From Lama guanicoe (taxonomy: Eukaryota), in NCBI GenBank assembly GCA_013239625.1, contig MU053758.1, positions 558,001 to 622,000 of the forward strand: a DNA stretch of 64,000 bases. The letters run 5' to 3'. The notes under the pieces are model-generated. The model made no database searches, had not been told where the DNA came from, and was given only the letters and a program-made list of their open reading frames with translations. Below, piece after piece: positions 10,616-22,949 of the stretch (position 1 is its first letter; each line of letters starts with the position of its first letter). A program made the position numbers and the translations under genes.

Positions 10616-13454
10616 CTTGCTCCACGTGAAAAGCCCCGACGCGGCAGCTGCCGGGCGCGGGTGGCTGCACCTCGCACCTCAGTCGGCCCTGAATCTACGA
10701 ACTGAGCGCTATCAGAAGTCATGAATAATTTGCGCGTAATAAAAATATAGGGTTCATTATGGCCGTTCTCCACTTTTTATAGACTTCAAATATAGTGGTG
10801 TTACCCCCTCTCTTCCTCAAATGGTCAGTTTTCCCAGGAGGAGGGCTCAGGGCTTCTCATCTTGTTTCTGTATTTGATGGGACAACAAATGCATGAGAAG
10901 GGGGAATAATAATAATAACATGAATAGTGGGTCCAAATTAAATAGGAGAATTGATTCGGAAAAATGAGATAATCCGGAGAGGGGGGCGAGAGGAAGGTCT
11001 GCGGATGCGGGTGAGCAGGTCAGGTGAGAGGGGCGAGCGGACAGGAGAAGGTCGGACGGAGAGGAAGCTTCCCCAACCTGCTGTGGGACTGGCGGGAGAG
11101 GGAGTCGGGTGAGCCAGCCCCGGGGTGGGGTTGGGGCAATTTGGGGGAAACGGATCCGTGGCTTTGGTGGGGATTCGGAGGTGCCCAGAGCCAGCGGGCG
11201 GCTCCACACGAACCGAGGCTCTGGAGCCTTTGTATGTGGCCGGGGCTGGGCGGGGCGGCGCCGGGAGACCCAGGCTCGGCGAGGGGCTTCCCTTGAACCG
11301 CGAGGTGCGGGGAGGCTCGGCTATTTCCTCGGTTGTTCTGGGCGCTCCAAGTTGGGCCGCCAAAAAGTGTTGTGTTTTCCGGATGGATGCGGGGACAGGC
11401 GCGGTGCAGGAAGCAAGGGCTCGGTGCTCCCGGCGTCCCGTGGCTTCAGGTGAGAGTTCAGGGCTCCGTGAGCCACAGCCCGGCCCCAGGCAAGCCTAGG
11501 GACGCCGATCTCTTCGCAGTTTAGCAGCTGGAGGCCTGGACTCCGGGCATTTTCGTTCTGAGACCGGTGCGCTGTCAGCCTCCCCATAGCCCCTTGGATT
11601 CCAAATACTGCACTTCCTCCTGGCCCGGCCCGATCCGTGCCCCCCATCCGGACAAACCTGCGCCAGAAATAGCTATCCGTCTCCTTAAAATTAGCCCCAC
11701 CGCCAGCCTCTCCTCTCTTCCCCCAGGACCGGGTGCGAAGAGGAAAGCGGAGTTTCTCAACTTGAGTTTCTCTAATAAATCTGCACTCCGTTGGGTGTTT
11801 ATAAATTATCTCCTCGCTCCTTCTTGTTTTTTCTTATAATAGAAACATTTTCCTTCCATCAGGAATTTCTGGCGCGGTGTAGGGATGATTTAGAACAAGC
11901 CATTGAATTTCTACCTCACCGGTGAGTCCTCAAATCATGACCATAAAATCGCCGGCACTTGATAAAAATGTTCGCTTCGGCAACAACTTAACGCTGCCTT
12001 CCGCTGCCTCACCGCCCCCTCAGCCTGGCGCTGAAAATTCAAGACCCCGGTTCTCTCCCCTCCTTTTCTCTTTTTTCTCTCTCCCGTTCAGCCCCTCTCC
12101 CATTCTCCGGATTCACTTTTGAAGGACCAAGTGTCCCCACTGGTAGCATCCTCTTGGAAAAGGTGATAGTTTCATTTTTACAAATATTGGGGTGAGTGGG
12201 ATCCCCAAAAATCACCCCTCCAAAAGCAAGCAACTCTCTCGTGAATAAACAATGGATGAATTGAATGTATCTGTAAAGCCTGCACCTTTGTTATTAGAAA
12301 TTTTCTTTCTCTCTCTCCCCTTTCCTTCCTTCTTTCTGTCCTGTTCTTTTATTTCTTGGCCAGTGAGTCACTCCAGGAGGTCATTGGTTTGGACCCTCAG
12401 ATTGGGGCCTTCTAAAGCCTGGCCACCATTGCCTCTAGGCCTGGTAGGCTGGAAGGCCAGGAAAGTCAACTGGCATGAGAGTGTGGCACCCAGTCAGCTG
12501 GGTCCTATAGTCTGTGTTTCAGGCCCCAGGTCCTCAGGCCTAGAGGGAGAGCCGGGTTTAACTAGAAGTTCCCAAGGGAAGAGGGGAGAAAAAGGGAAAA
12601 TCAGTGGCCTTGCTGCATCCAAATCCCTTCTACCCCAAGGTCAGTTTTGGTAGTGACAGTAGTTCAAAGGACAGTGAAGGCTAAAAGGTGGCCTTCCCCA
12701 AAGGTACACACTCTGCAGTCACTGCTCAGGGCAGAGGAGGGCACAGGACAGTGGGCACCAGGGCCAGGCGCCAGGTCCTCGGTTTCCAACAGTGGCCTCC
12801 ATTGCTCTTTCTTCTCTTTGATGTGCTGATGGGCCTGGCAGTGCCCTCACCCAAGGGTGCTTTGGAAGGTGTGGAGGACTGGCCTGGGAAGATTGGGAGC
12901 CAGCTGGGCATGGTGACTGGGTCCCAAGGCCTGGGTGCAGGACTGGGGCAGCCCAACTAGGTGTCATTCTGCTGGTGGCATCAGGCCCCTCACACATCAC
13001 ACAGAATTGGTCTCCCAAAGGCTTGCTGAGTCCCAGTACCTTCTAGGGACTCCCTTCCCATTCCAGCAACCCCCCTTCCAGGCCACCTGAGGTTGTGTAA
13101 AACTGCAGAATCACAGTTGCAGGGCAAGCTTTGCTCAGGGCTTCACCTCTGTCCATTAAGCAGAAAGTTTCATCTCCTTCTCTGGGTCCTTCTTCATGCC
13201 TCCCAGGACCCCTTCTCCAAGGAAAATCCTTGTTTGTTTGTTTAATGAAGGAAAGTTGGTGACTGGCCTGGGTGGGCCTGAGAGGGGGTAGTTTGGGGGT
13301 TCTGGAGAAGGAGTGGGGGCAGGTGCTCCCAGAGCTGAAGGAGGCAGAAAATCTTGCAAAAGTCACCGTTTGCACCGAAAAAACCTCATAATCATTCTCA
13401 TTTCGGCTTTGTCACCCCCACCGTGCTGCAGTCAGGCGGCGGGGGCGATCGAAG

Positions 13455-13640
13455 CTGCAGTTTTATAGCTGTAGAGGAAAGAACTCGTAAAATGCTAACA
13501 GCTTTTATGCGCTGCGGCATAAACAACAACAGACTCGGCTTTATTGCGTTTTATAGTTTGTTAAAGAGTTTACAGCCGTTTTTTGGGGGCCGGTTACCCA
13601 GCCAATTCCCTCCACACGATAGTTAAACCTTTATCAATAA
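13455..13640. promoter_or_regulatory. Cdx-site cluster / enhancer about 1.2 kb upstream of HOXB8
   Basis: Dense TTTAT-type sites: TTTTATAG, TCGTAAAA, TTTTATGC, GCATAAAC, TTTATTG, TTTTATAG, TTTAC, TTTATC; Hoxb8 is an established Cdx target. Confidence 0.7.
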
Positions 13641-14698
13641 TAAGGAAATTGATCATTAAAGCTTTAAATATGACTACCTCGTTTGTTTGAAAATATGTTT
13701 AGGAGAGGAAGCTGTATGATTTGATAACTTGTATTAAAATACCAATTACATTTATAGGACCTTTTAAAACTCGGCGCAATTAAACCGTGTTCTTTTACAT
13801 TTTTCCGAAGCGACCCTGACATTTAAAAACTCCAACTGCCTCGTTAAAATCGCGAAATTAACAGCGTGCCTGCGCCTGGCGCGTTGTGTATGTGTGTGCG
13901 TGTTTTTTTCCGTGACTCCCCCACATCAGTCTTTGGGGGTGGTCTGCGAAGGTATTTGATTTGTCGTGAGGCGAGAGATATCTCATTAATGTAGGTAGTT
14001 AAACAGATTTAATCCGTATTCATTCTCTCTCCCCCCTCCCCCTCTCTCCCCCTCTCTCTCCCTGGGTGTTTTTTTTTTTCCCTTCCCCTCCTTTTTTATT
14101 TTTTTTTTTTTTTCGCTCTCTCCTCACTCCCTGGCGCTCTCTCGCTCTAGCTCTCTCTCTCGCTCGCTCTCTCTTGCTCTCACCCTCGCTCTGCGTTCTG
14201 TCCGGGAGGAGTACGGAGAAGCCAATAGGATGCGGGGTCTCTAATGGATGCAAATGATCATGAAAAGACAGTGCAAAATATGAAACAACTCATTTGCAGG
14301 GAAGTAAATCACCGAAAACTGTTTATGAACTGGCATCCCTTCTTCGAAATGTAAAGTGGGGACCTCTTTAAGTGGCGGTATATTTTTGTTTGGGGGGTGG
14401 GGGATGGTATATTTTTGTTTGGGGGGTGGTGGGTGGGGGGAGGGGGAGTGAGCCGCGGCTGCCATGCAAGCTTAGACTTTTGGAGGCTTCGCTGTCCTTT
14501 TCTATTCCTGGAAATCACAAAAAGTGTGGTGGCTTCGAGATCTTCTTCGCCTTTTCTTTCTTTTCTTTTCCCCCCCTCCTCCCTTTCCCTCTCCTTTCCT
14601 GGCGAGGGTGACTAGGAGCCGGCGAATCCGCGTTTTTTTTCTCTCTCTCTCCCTCCCTTTCCCCCTCCCCACCCCCTCCCCAACAGCCCCCAACCCCA

Positions 14699-14719
14699 GC
14701 CGCCGCCGCCGCCGCCGCC
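14699..14719 (+). repeat. (GCC)7 trinucleotide repeat in the HOXB8 5'UTR
   Basis: Direct read; ends 15 nt before the ATG. Confidence 0.9.
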
Positions 14720-14734
14720 TCAAAATTCAATAAA

Positions 14735-16275
14735 ATGAGCTCTTATTTCGTCAACTCACTGTTCTCCAAATACAAAACCGGGGAGTCCCTGCGCCCCAAT
14801 TATTATGACTGCGGCTTCGCCCAGGACCTGGGCGGCCGACCCACCGTGGTGTACGGTCCCAGCAGCGGCGGCAGCTTCCAGCACCCGTCGCAAATCCAGG
14901 AGTTCTACCACGGGCCGTCGTCGCTGTCCACGGCTCCCTACCAGCAGAACCCGTGCGCCGTGGCGTGCCACGGGGACCCCGGCAACTTCTACGGCTACGA
15001 CCCGCTGCAGCGGCAGAGCCTGTTCGGTGCGCAGGATCCAGACCTGGTGCAGTACGCCGACTGCAAGCTCGCCGCCGCCAGCGGCCTGGGCGAGGAGGCC
15101 GAGGGTTCGGAGCAGAGCCCGTCGCCCACACAGCTCTTCCCCTGGATGCGCCCGCAAGGTGAGCTCGCGTCGGGGCCGGCGGGGGGAAGGGAGACCAGGG
15201 GCCCAGGCCAGGCAGGGGGCCGGGCAGGCCGGGCGCGGGTCTTCCAGCTCCTGGAAGACCTGCTTGCTCCTTTCAGATAGCCTCTCCCTCCTTTCCTTCC
15301 TTCCTTCTTCCCTTCCTTCCTTCCCTCCCTCCCTCCTTCTTTCCTTCCTTCCCTTCTTGCTTTTTTGTTTCCCTTGAAGGAGGTCGCTAAGCGACATTTC
15401 CTGAATCCATAAACCCCTCACCCTGCCTGACTTTTCTTCTTCTTCCCCTCCTTTTTTTCCCTTTTACTGTTTTATGGGGGGTAGTGGAGAAAGGGTGGTG
15501 GGAGTGGGGGCGCTCAACTTTTGCACTTCTCAATTGCTTTATAGTTTAATTACCCTGAAGAAACTTTTCTTCTGGGGCAGAGGCTCTGGGGGCTTTTCAA
15601 GGTGGGTCCATTCGTCCCCATCCCGGCTTTTTTATTCTTATTTTTCCCCCTCCTTCACATCCTTCCTTCTAAAGTTTATGGCACTTTTAATAGATTCAAC
15701 CATCCCCGCCCAACTCTCTGGTGCTGGTTACCAGGGGAGGGGGCTCCCCTTTCTGGCTCCGTTAGATTCAGTGGTGTCTGACCCCCAGCACCNNNNNNNN
15801 NNNNNNNNNNNNNNNNNNNNNNNNNNNNNNNNNNNNNNNNNNNNNNNNNNNNNNNNNNNNNNNNNNNNNNNNNNNNNNNNNNNNNNNNNNNNNNNNNNNN
15901 NNNNNNNNNNNNNNNNNNNNCCCCCACCCTCCCCTCCCCTCTGTCTCGCCCTTTCCCCCATTCCCAGCAGCCGCCGGACGCAGGCGAGGCCGACAGACCT
16001 ACAGCCGCTACCAGACCCTGGAGCTGGAGAAGGAGTTCTTATTTAATCCCTATCTGACTCGCAAGCGACGGATCGAGGTATCGCATGCGCTGGGACTGAC
16101 TGAGAGACAGGTCAAAATCTGGTTCCAGAACCGGAGGATGAAGTGGAAAAAAGAGAACAACAAAGACAAGTTCCCCAGCAGCAAATGCGAGCAGGAGGAG
16201 CTGGAGAAACAGAAGCTGGAGCGGGCCCCAGAGGCGGCGGACGAGGGAGACGCGCAGAAGGGCGACAAGAAGTAG
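14735..16275 (+). CDS. HOXB8: Homeobox protein Hox-B8; CDS join(14735..15158,15968..16275), 243 aa
   Basis: [26 protein letters not shown]; hexapeptide FPWMR; donor CAAG|GTGAG; acceptor CCCAG|CAG; homeodomain [59 protein letters not shown]; 424+308=732 nt ending in TAG. Confidence 0.98.
15288..15356 (+). repeat. (CCTT)n-like pyrimidine tract in the HOXB8 intron
   Basis: Imperfect CCTT/CCCT tetranucleotide run. Confidence 0.8.
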
Positions 16276-16686
16276 GCTCCAGCTGGGACTGCCAGGGCCG
16301 CGGCCACCCTGCGTCCGCGGGTTCCCCGACCGCGCCGCCGTCGCCTGCCCCCGCCCAAGAGAGCTCTGGCCCCGCGAGCGGGGCCGGGAGCCTGGCCTCC
16401 CACCGCAGCGTCCCCGCCGCGCCAGTCCCCGCTAGTGGTAGTATCTCGTAATAGCTTCTGTGTGTGAGCTACCGTGGATCTCCTTCCCTTCTCTTGGGGG
16501 CCCGGGGGGCAAAGAAAAGGATTTCAAGCAAGGACTCCCTCGCCCTGCGAGGGTGAGCGGCTGCGGCCTGGCTGAGCACCCCCCATGCCCCTGCCCCGTG
16601 TAAAAAGCCTCCTTGTGCAATGGTCTTTTTTTTCCTTTGAACGTGCTTCTTTGTAATGACCGAGGTACCGATTTCTGCTAAGTTCT

Positions 16687-16708
16687 CCCAACAACATGAA
16701 ACTGCCTA
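16687..16708 (+). promoter_or_regulatory. miR-196 near-perfect complementary (cleavage) site in the HOXB8 3'UTR
   Basis: CCCAACAACATGAAACTGCCTA is the reverse complement of miR-196a (UAGGUAGUUUCAUGUUGUUGGG) apart from one G:U wobble. Confidence 0.95.
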
Positions 16709-16734
16709 TTCACGCCGTAATTCTTTCTGTCTCC

Positions 16735-16740
<6 letters not shown>

Positions 16741-16790
<50 letters not shown>
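16741..16790 (+). repeat. (TC)25 microsatellite in the HOXB8 3'UTR
   Basis: Direct read; followed by a C-rich run and a gap. Confidence 0.95.
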
Positions 16791-16792
<2 letters not shown>

Positions 16793-17454
16793 CCTCACTC
16801 TCCCCCCCCCTCCCCCTCCCCCTCCCCCCCCCCNNNNNNNNNNNNNNNNNNNNNNNNNNNNNNNNNNNNNNNNNNNNNNNNNNNNNNNNNNNNNNNNNNN
16901 NNNNNNNNNNNNNNNNNNNNNNNNNNNNNNNNNNNNNNNNNNNNNNNNNNNNNNNNNNNNNNNNNNNNNNNNNNNNNNNNNNNNNNNNNNNNNNNNNNNN
17001 NNNNNNNNNNNNNNNNNNNNNNNNNNNNNNNNNNNNNNNNNNNNNNNNNNNNNNNNNNNNNNNNNNNNNNNNNNNNNNNNNNNNNNNNNNNNNNNNNNNN
17101 NNNNNNNNNNNNNNNNNNNNNNNNNNNNNNNTCGTCCTCATTTCCCCCTCCCACCCCCTCTCCCCGCTGCCCTCCCTAGCTCGCTGCCTTTCTCTCTGGC
17201 TTCTCTCTTTTCCCACTCCCCCCCCACCCCCGCTTTGGTTTGACAATTTCGTCTTAAGTGTTTCTCAAAAGAGGTTACTTTAGTTAGCATGCGCGCTGTG
17301 GGCAATTGTTAAAGTGTTCTTAGGTTTACTGTGAAGAGAATGTATCCTGTATCCGTGAATTGCTTTATTGGGGGGAGGGAGGGCTAATTATATATTTTGT
17401 TGTTCCTCTATACTTTGTTCTGTTGTCTGCGCCTGAAAAGGGCGGAAGAGTTAC

Positions 17455-17460
17455 AATAAA
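17455..17460 (+). terminator. HOXB8 polyadenylation signal
   Basis: AATAAA at the end of a U-rich 3'UTR. Confidence 0.7.
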
Positions 17461-18549
17461 GTTTACAAGCGAGAACCCTAGACTGGCCCGGCCCGCGCTC
17501 CTCATTTGCTCCTGGCGCCTTGCAGAGCTGGGGGGAGCCGGTCACCGAGATTCTGCGCCCTCCAGGCCAGGCCAGGCCGCGGAGAGGAGGGGGCGGGGGT
17601 TGGAGGCAGGTGGTGCAGTCTCTTGGCCCAGGGGCGCAGGGGGTGAGGGAGGCGGCTGCGCATGATTGGAGGAGAGAGGAACGAGGGAGGGGAGCCAAGA
17701 GAAACCCCCTCCCTTCTCATTCAAAGGCTGCCGGGCCCGGAGACCCTAGCGCCCAGGCCACGCTGGAGAGATGCGCCTGGGCTGGTGGCTGTATCCTCCC
17801 ACTTCCTCCTTTGTTTTTGTGTTCCCTCTCCTGCATGTGTGTGGGCGTATGGGTTGGTAAAGGTGTAGTGCTGGGCTGCTAAACAAGCTTATACTTTTAT
17901 TTTTACTGGACTCTGGTGGGGGGAGCAGGAGAAGAGAGATGCTCTTCCCTGCCTCTCCCTTTCTGAGACTTGGCCACCTTCGCCCAGCTCTGAGGTGGTG
18001 GCTTGCAGCTTTCCTTCCTTTTGCTCCCTTTGCTTCTCCGGCAGCCAAGTTGACTGAGGCATCCGCCTCCCGGAACCAGGAGAGCAGCATACCGGGCCGC
18101 CCTCCTCCCTTCCTTTTTCTTTCCCCCCACCCCNNNNNNNNNNNNNNNNNNNNNNNNNNNNNNNNNNNNNAGAGAGAGAGAGAGAGAGAGAGAGAACCAT
18201 GAGGCCAGGCTCACCTCTTTCCTCACCTTGGGACAAACGGACCAAGTCCGGACCAAGTTCCCCCAGAGGCCCAGCCAGGCTGAATCGGTCTGGATTAATA
18301 AAGACCTGAACTGCCCCCACTCATCCACCCGGTTATGTGCAATCCCTGCGTTTGTTTCTCGCTGGGTAACGGGCTGGGGAGAATGGGTGGGGGGCAGGCG
18401 GTGACAACACGGATCGCTCTTGGAGGTATTTATTTTCCCTTCCACTCAATCCCTTCCTCCCCAAATCTCGCCTGCAAGCTGCCTCCAGCCCACAGGGGTC
18501 GACAGAGGCCCTTGAGCCCCCCAGCCCCAATCCACAGGGCTTGGCTTTC

Positions 18550-18793
18550 CCATTCATTATTGATCATATTTTATAAATCCAACGCCACACAATTTTTTCC
18601 ACATTACCGGGAGCCGTGGGGAGGCTGCCCAGCCATTGGCCGAGGGGACGTCACGTGGGCGGGGTCACGTGGTCCAGAGAGGAAAAAGGGGGTCCTTTTT
18701 GGTGTAAATCTGGACTCTAATTCTGTAATATATCAAGGAATCTCGTAAAACCGACACTAAAACGTCCCTGCCTACAAATCATCCGGCCAAATT
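18550..18793 (+). promoter_or_regulatory. HOXB7 proximal promoter
   Basis: GCCATTGG (NF-Y/YY1, 18632-18639), two GTCACGTG E-boxes (18652-18657, 18666-18671) flanking a GC box, TATA-like TAATATAT. Confidence 0.7.
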
Positions 18794-21512
<2,719 letters not shown>

Positions 21513-21699
21513 GGGACGGGGAAAGGGCAGAGAAAGAGAGAGATGAGAAAGGGAAAGAGCGAGAAGCCCAGCTCTGGGAACTGAACCAGGAAACTCAAGT
21601 CAAATAGGGAGAGAAAAAAAAAACTATTTAAAGGGAAAGCAGTTAACACTTTTTTAAGGAGAGAAGGTGAAGCTGGTTTCTTAACACTGAAAAAAAGAT

Positions 21700-21707
21700 A
21701 CTACCTA
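21700..21707 (+). promoter_or_regulatory. miR-196 8mer seed site in the HOXB7 3'UTR
   Basis: ACTACCTA; an additional 6mer CTACCT lies at 21760-21765. Confidence 0.75.
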
Positions 21708-22080
21708 TAGGAAAGTATGTCGGGTGGGTTTGTTTTGTACAGTATGGGAAGGACATCATCTACCTGTTCTGTAGCTTTCTGGAATTTGCCTCCTCTTTTC
21801 TATGTCGCTAATTGTAGGATCTTCGTAAAATCCTGCTGTTTTGTAAGCCCCCTCTTTGATGCTGTCTTTGTGGTCTGTGTGTCTGGACTAATGTGTGTGG
21901 TTCCCCGCCTTCCTGAGCCCCCGCCTTCCCAGTAGGGGCACTAAAGGGGCCTTAGGGAGCCCCAAGGACCCACGGACTAGCTCAAGTGTCCCCTCTGTGT
22001 GCATGGCCTGCTGGCTGCTCCCTGCCCCTGCCAGCCCCTGTGATCCTCTTTACATTCTATGTGTATCTGAAGGATGGAGA

Positions 22081-22103
22081 AATAAAAAGCAATTAAAAAT
22101 AAA
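22081..22103 (+). terminator. HOXB7 polyadenylation signals
   Basis: AATAAA 22081-22086, ATTAAA 22092-22097, AATAAA 22098-22103. Confidence 0.75.
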
Positions 22104-22254
22104 CAGATGCCCTATTTTCCATGTCTCCCTAAGGCTGGAAGGGGGTCAGGGTTAGCCATGCATCCCAGTGGCCCTCTGTACCAACTTCTTCTGCCCACGT
22201 GCTGGGGTCTGTCTTTTTTCTGGTGCCCCTTGCTCTGCGGGCTGCCGACTTGTG

Positions 22255-22650
22255 AACCTGATATCACACATTCCCTTCACATTCTTTTACACACATTGAC
22301 ACACAAAGGCACACAATCACACATATTTACAGGCTGACATAGCACATAAATATACATTGTCACATTCACAAACATCCATATTCATATGTTCACAAATAAT
22401 ACGTGTATTTATCTACACAGGCATTCACATATCCCAGCTCCTGCCCAGAACACATGTATTCACCATTCTCTCCCACTCACGAGTCAACCCACATTCACAC
22501 TCACAGACACGTTATACATACCAATGTACACACACACGTTGGCTTATAAACACACAGACTCACATTTGCCCCCATGGAAACACGTCCTTGAGTCCACATG
22601 CCCCGTCACACATATTCACAACACCAAACCAAACCGAACACCCCACCACC
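22255..22650 (+). repeat. Degenerate CA-rich low-complexity region downstream of HOXB7
   Basis: Recurrent CACA/CACAT/TCACAC words over about 400 bp, G-poor. Confidence 0.7.
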
Positions 22651-22949
22651 ATCACCAGCCGGGCAGTTCACAAACTCTTCCTCGACCAGGCCTTCACACC
22701 AGGCTGTGGCTGTGTCGCTCGGCACAAATACAAAAATACAAGCTGAAATCCAAAGTGCTAGGCCCCGCGCGAAGGAAGAGCGGAAGGAAAGGGAAGGTGA
22801 CCACCCAAATCCACTCCCGCTGCTCTTCTCGGGAGGGCGGGTGGGCGGCGTCGGGCAGAGGCCGGGCCGCCGCGCAGAAAGCTCCCGGCCACGGGCCTCC
22901 GACGCCAAGGCGCTCCCGGCTTTCCGCTCAGCCGGCAAACATTTTCCGC

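Noticed and set aside
15793..15920. N-runs as hidden features (also 16834-17131, 18134-18170, 44141-44253)
   Set aside because: Assembly gaps flanked by poly-C/G or dinucleotide runs; content cannot be inferred
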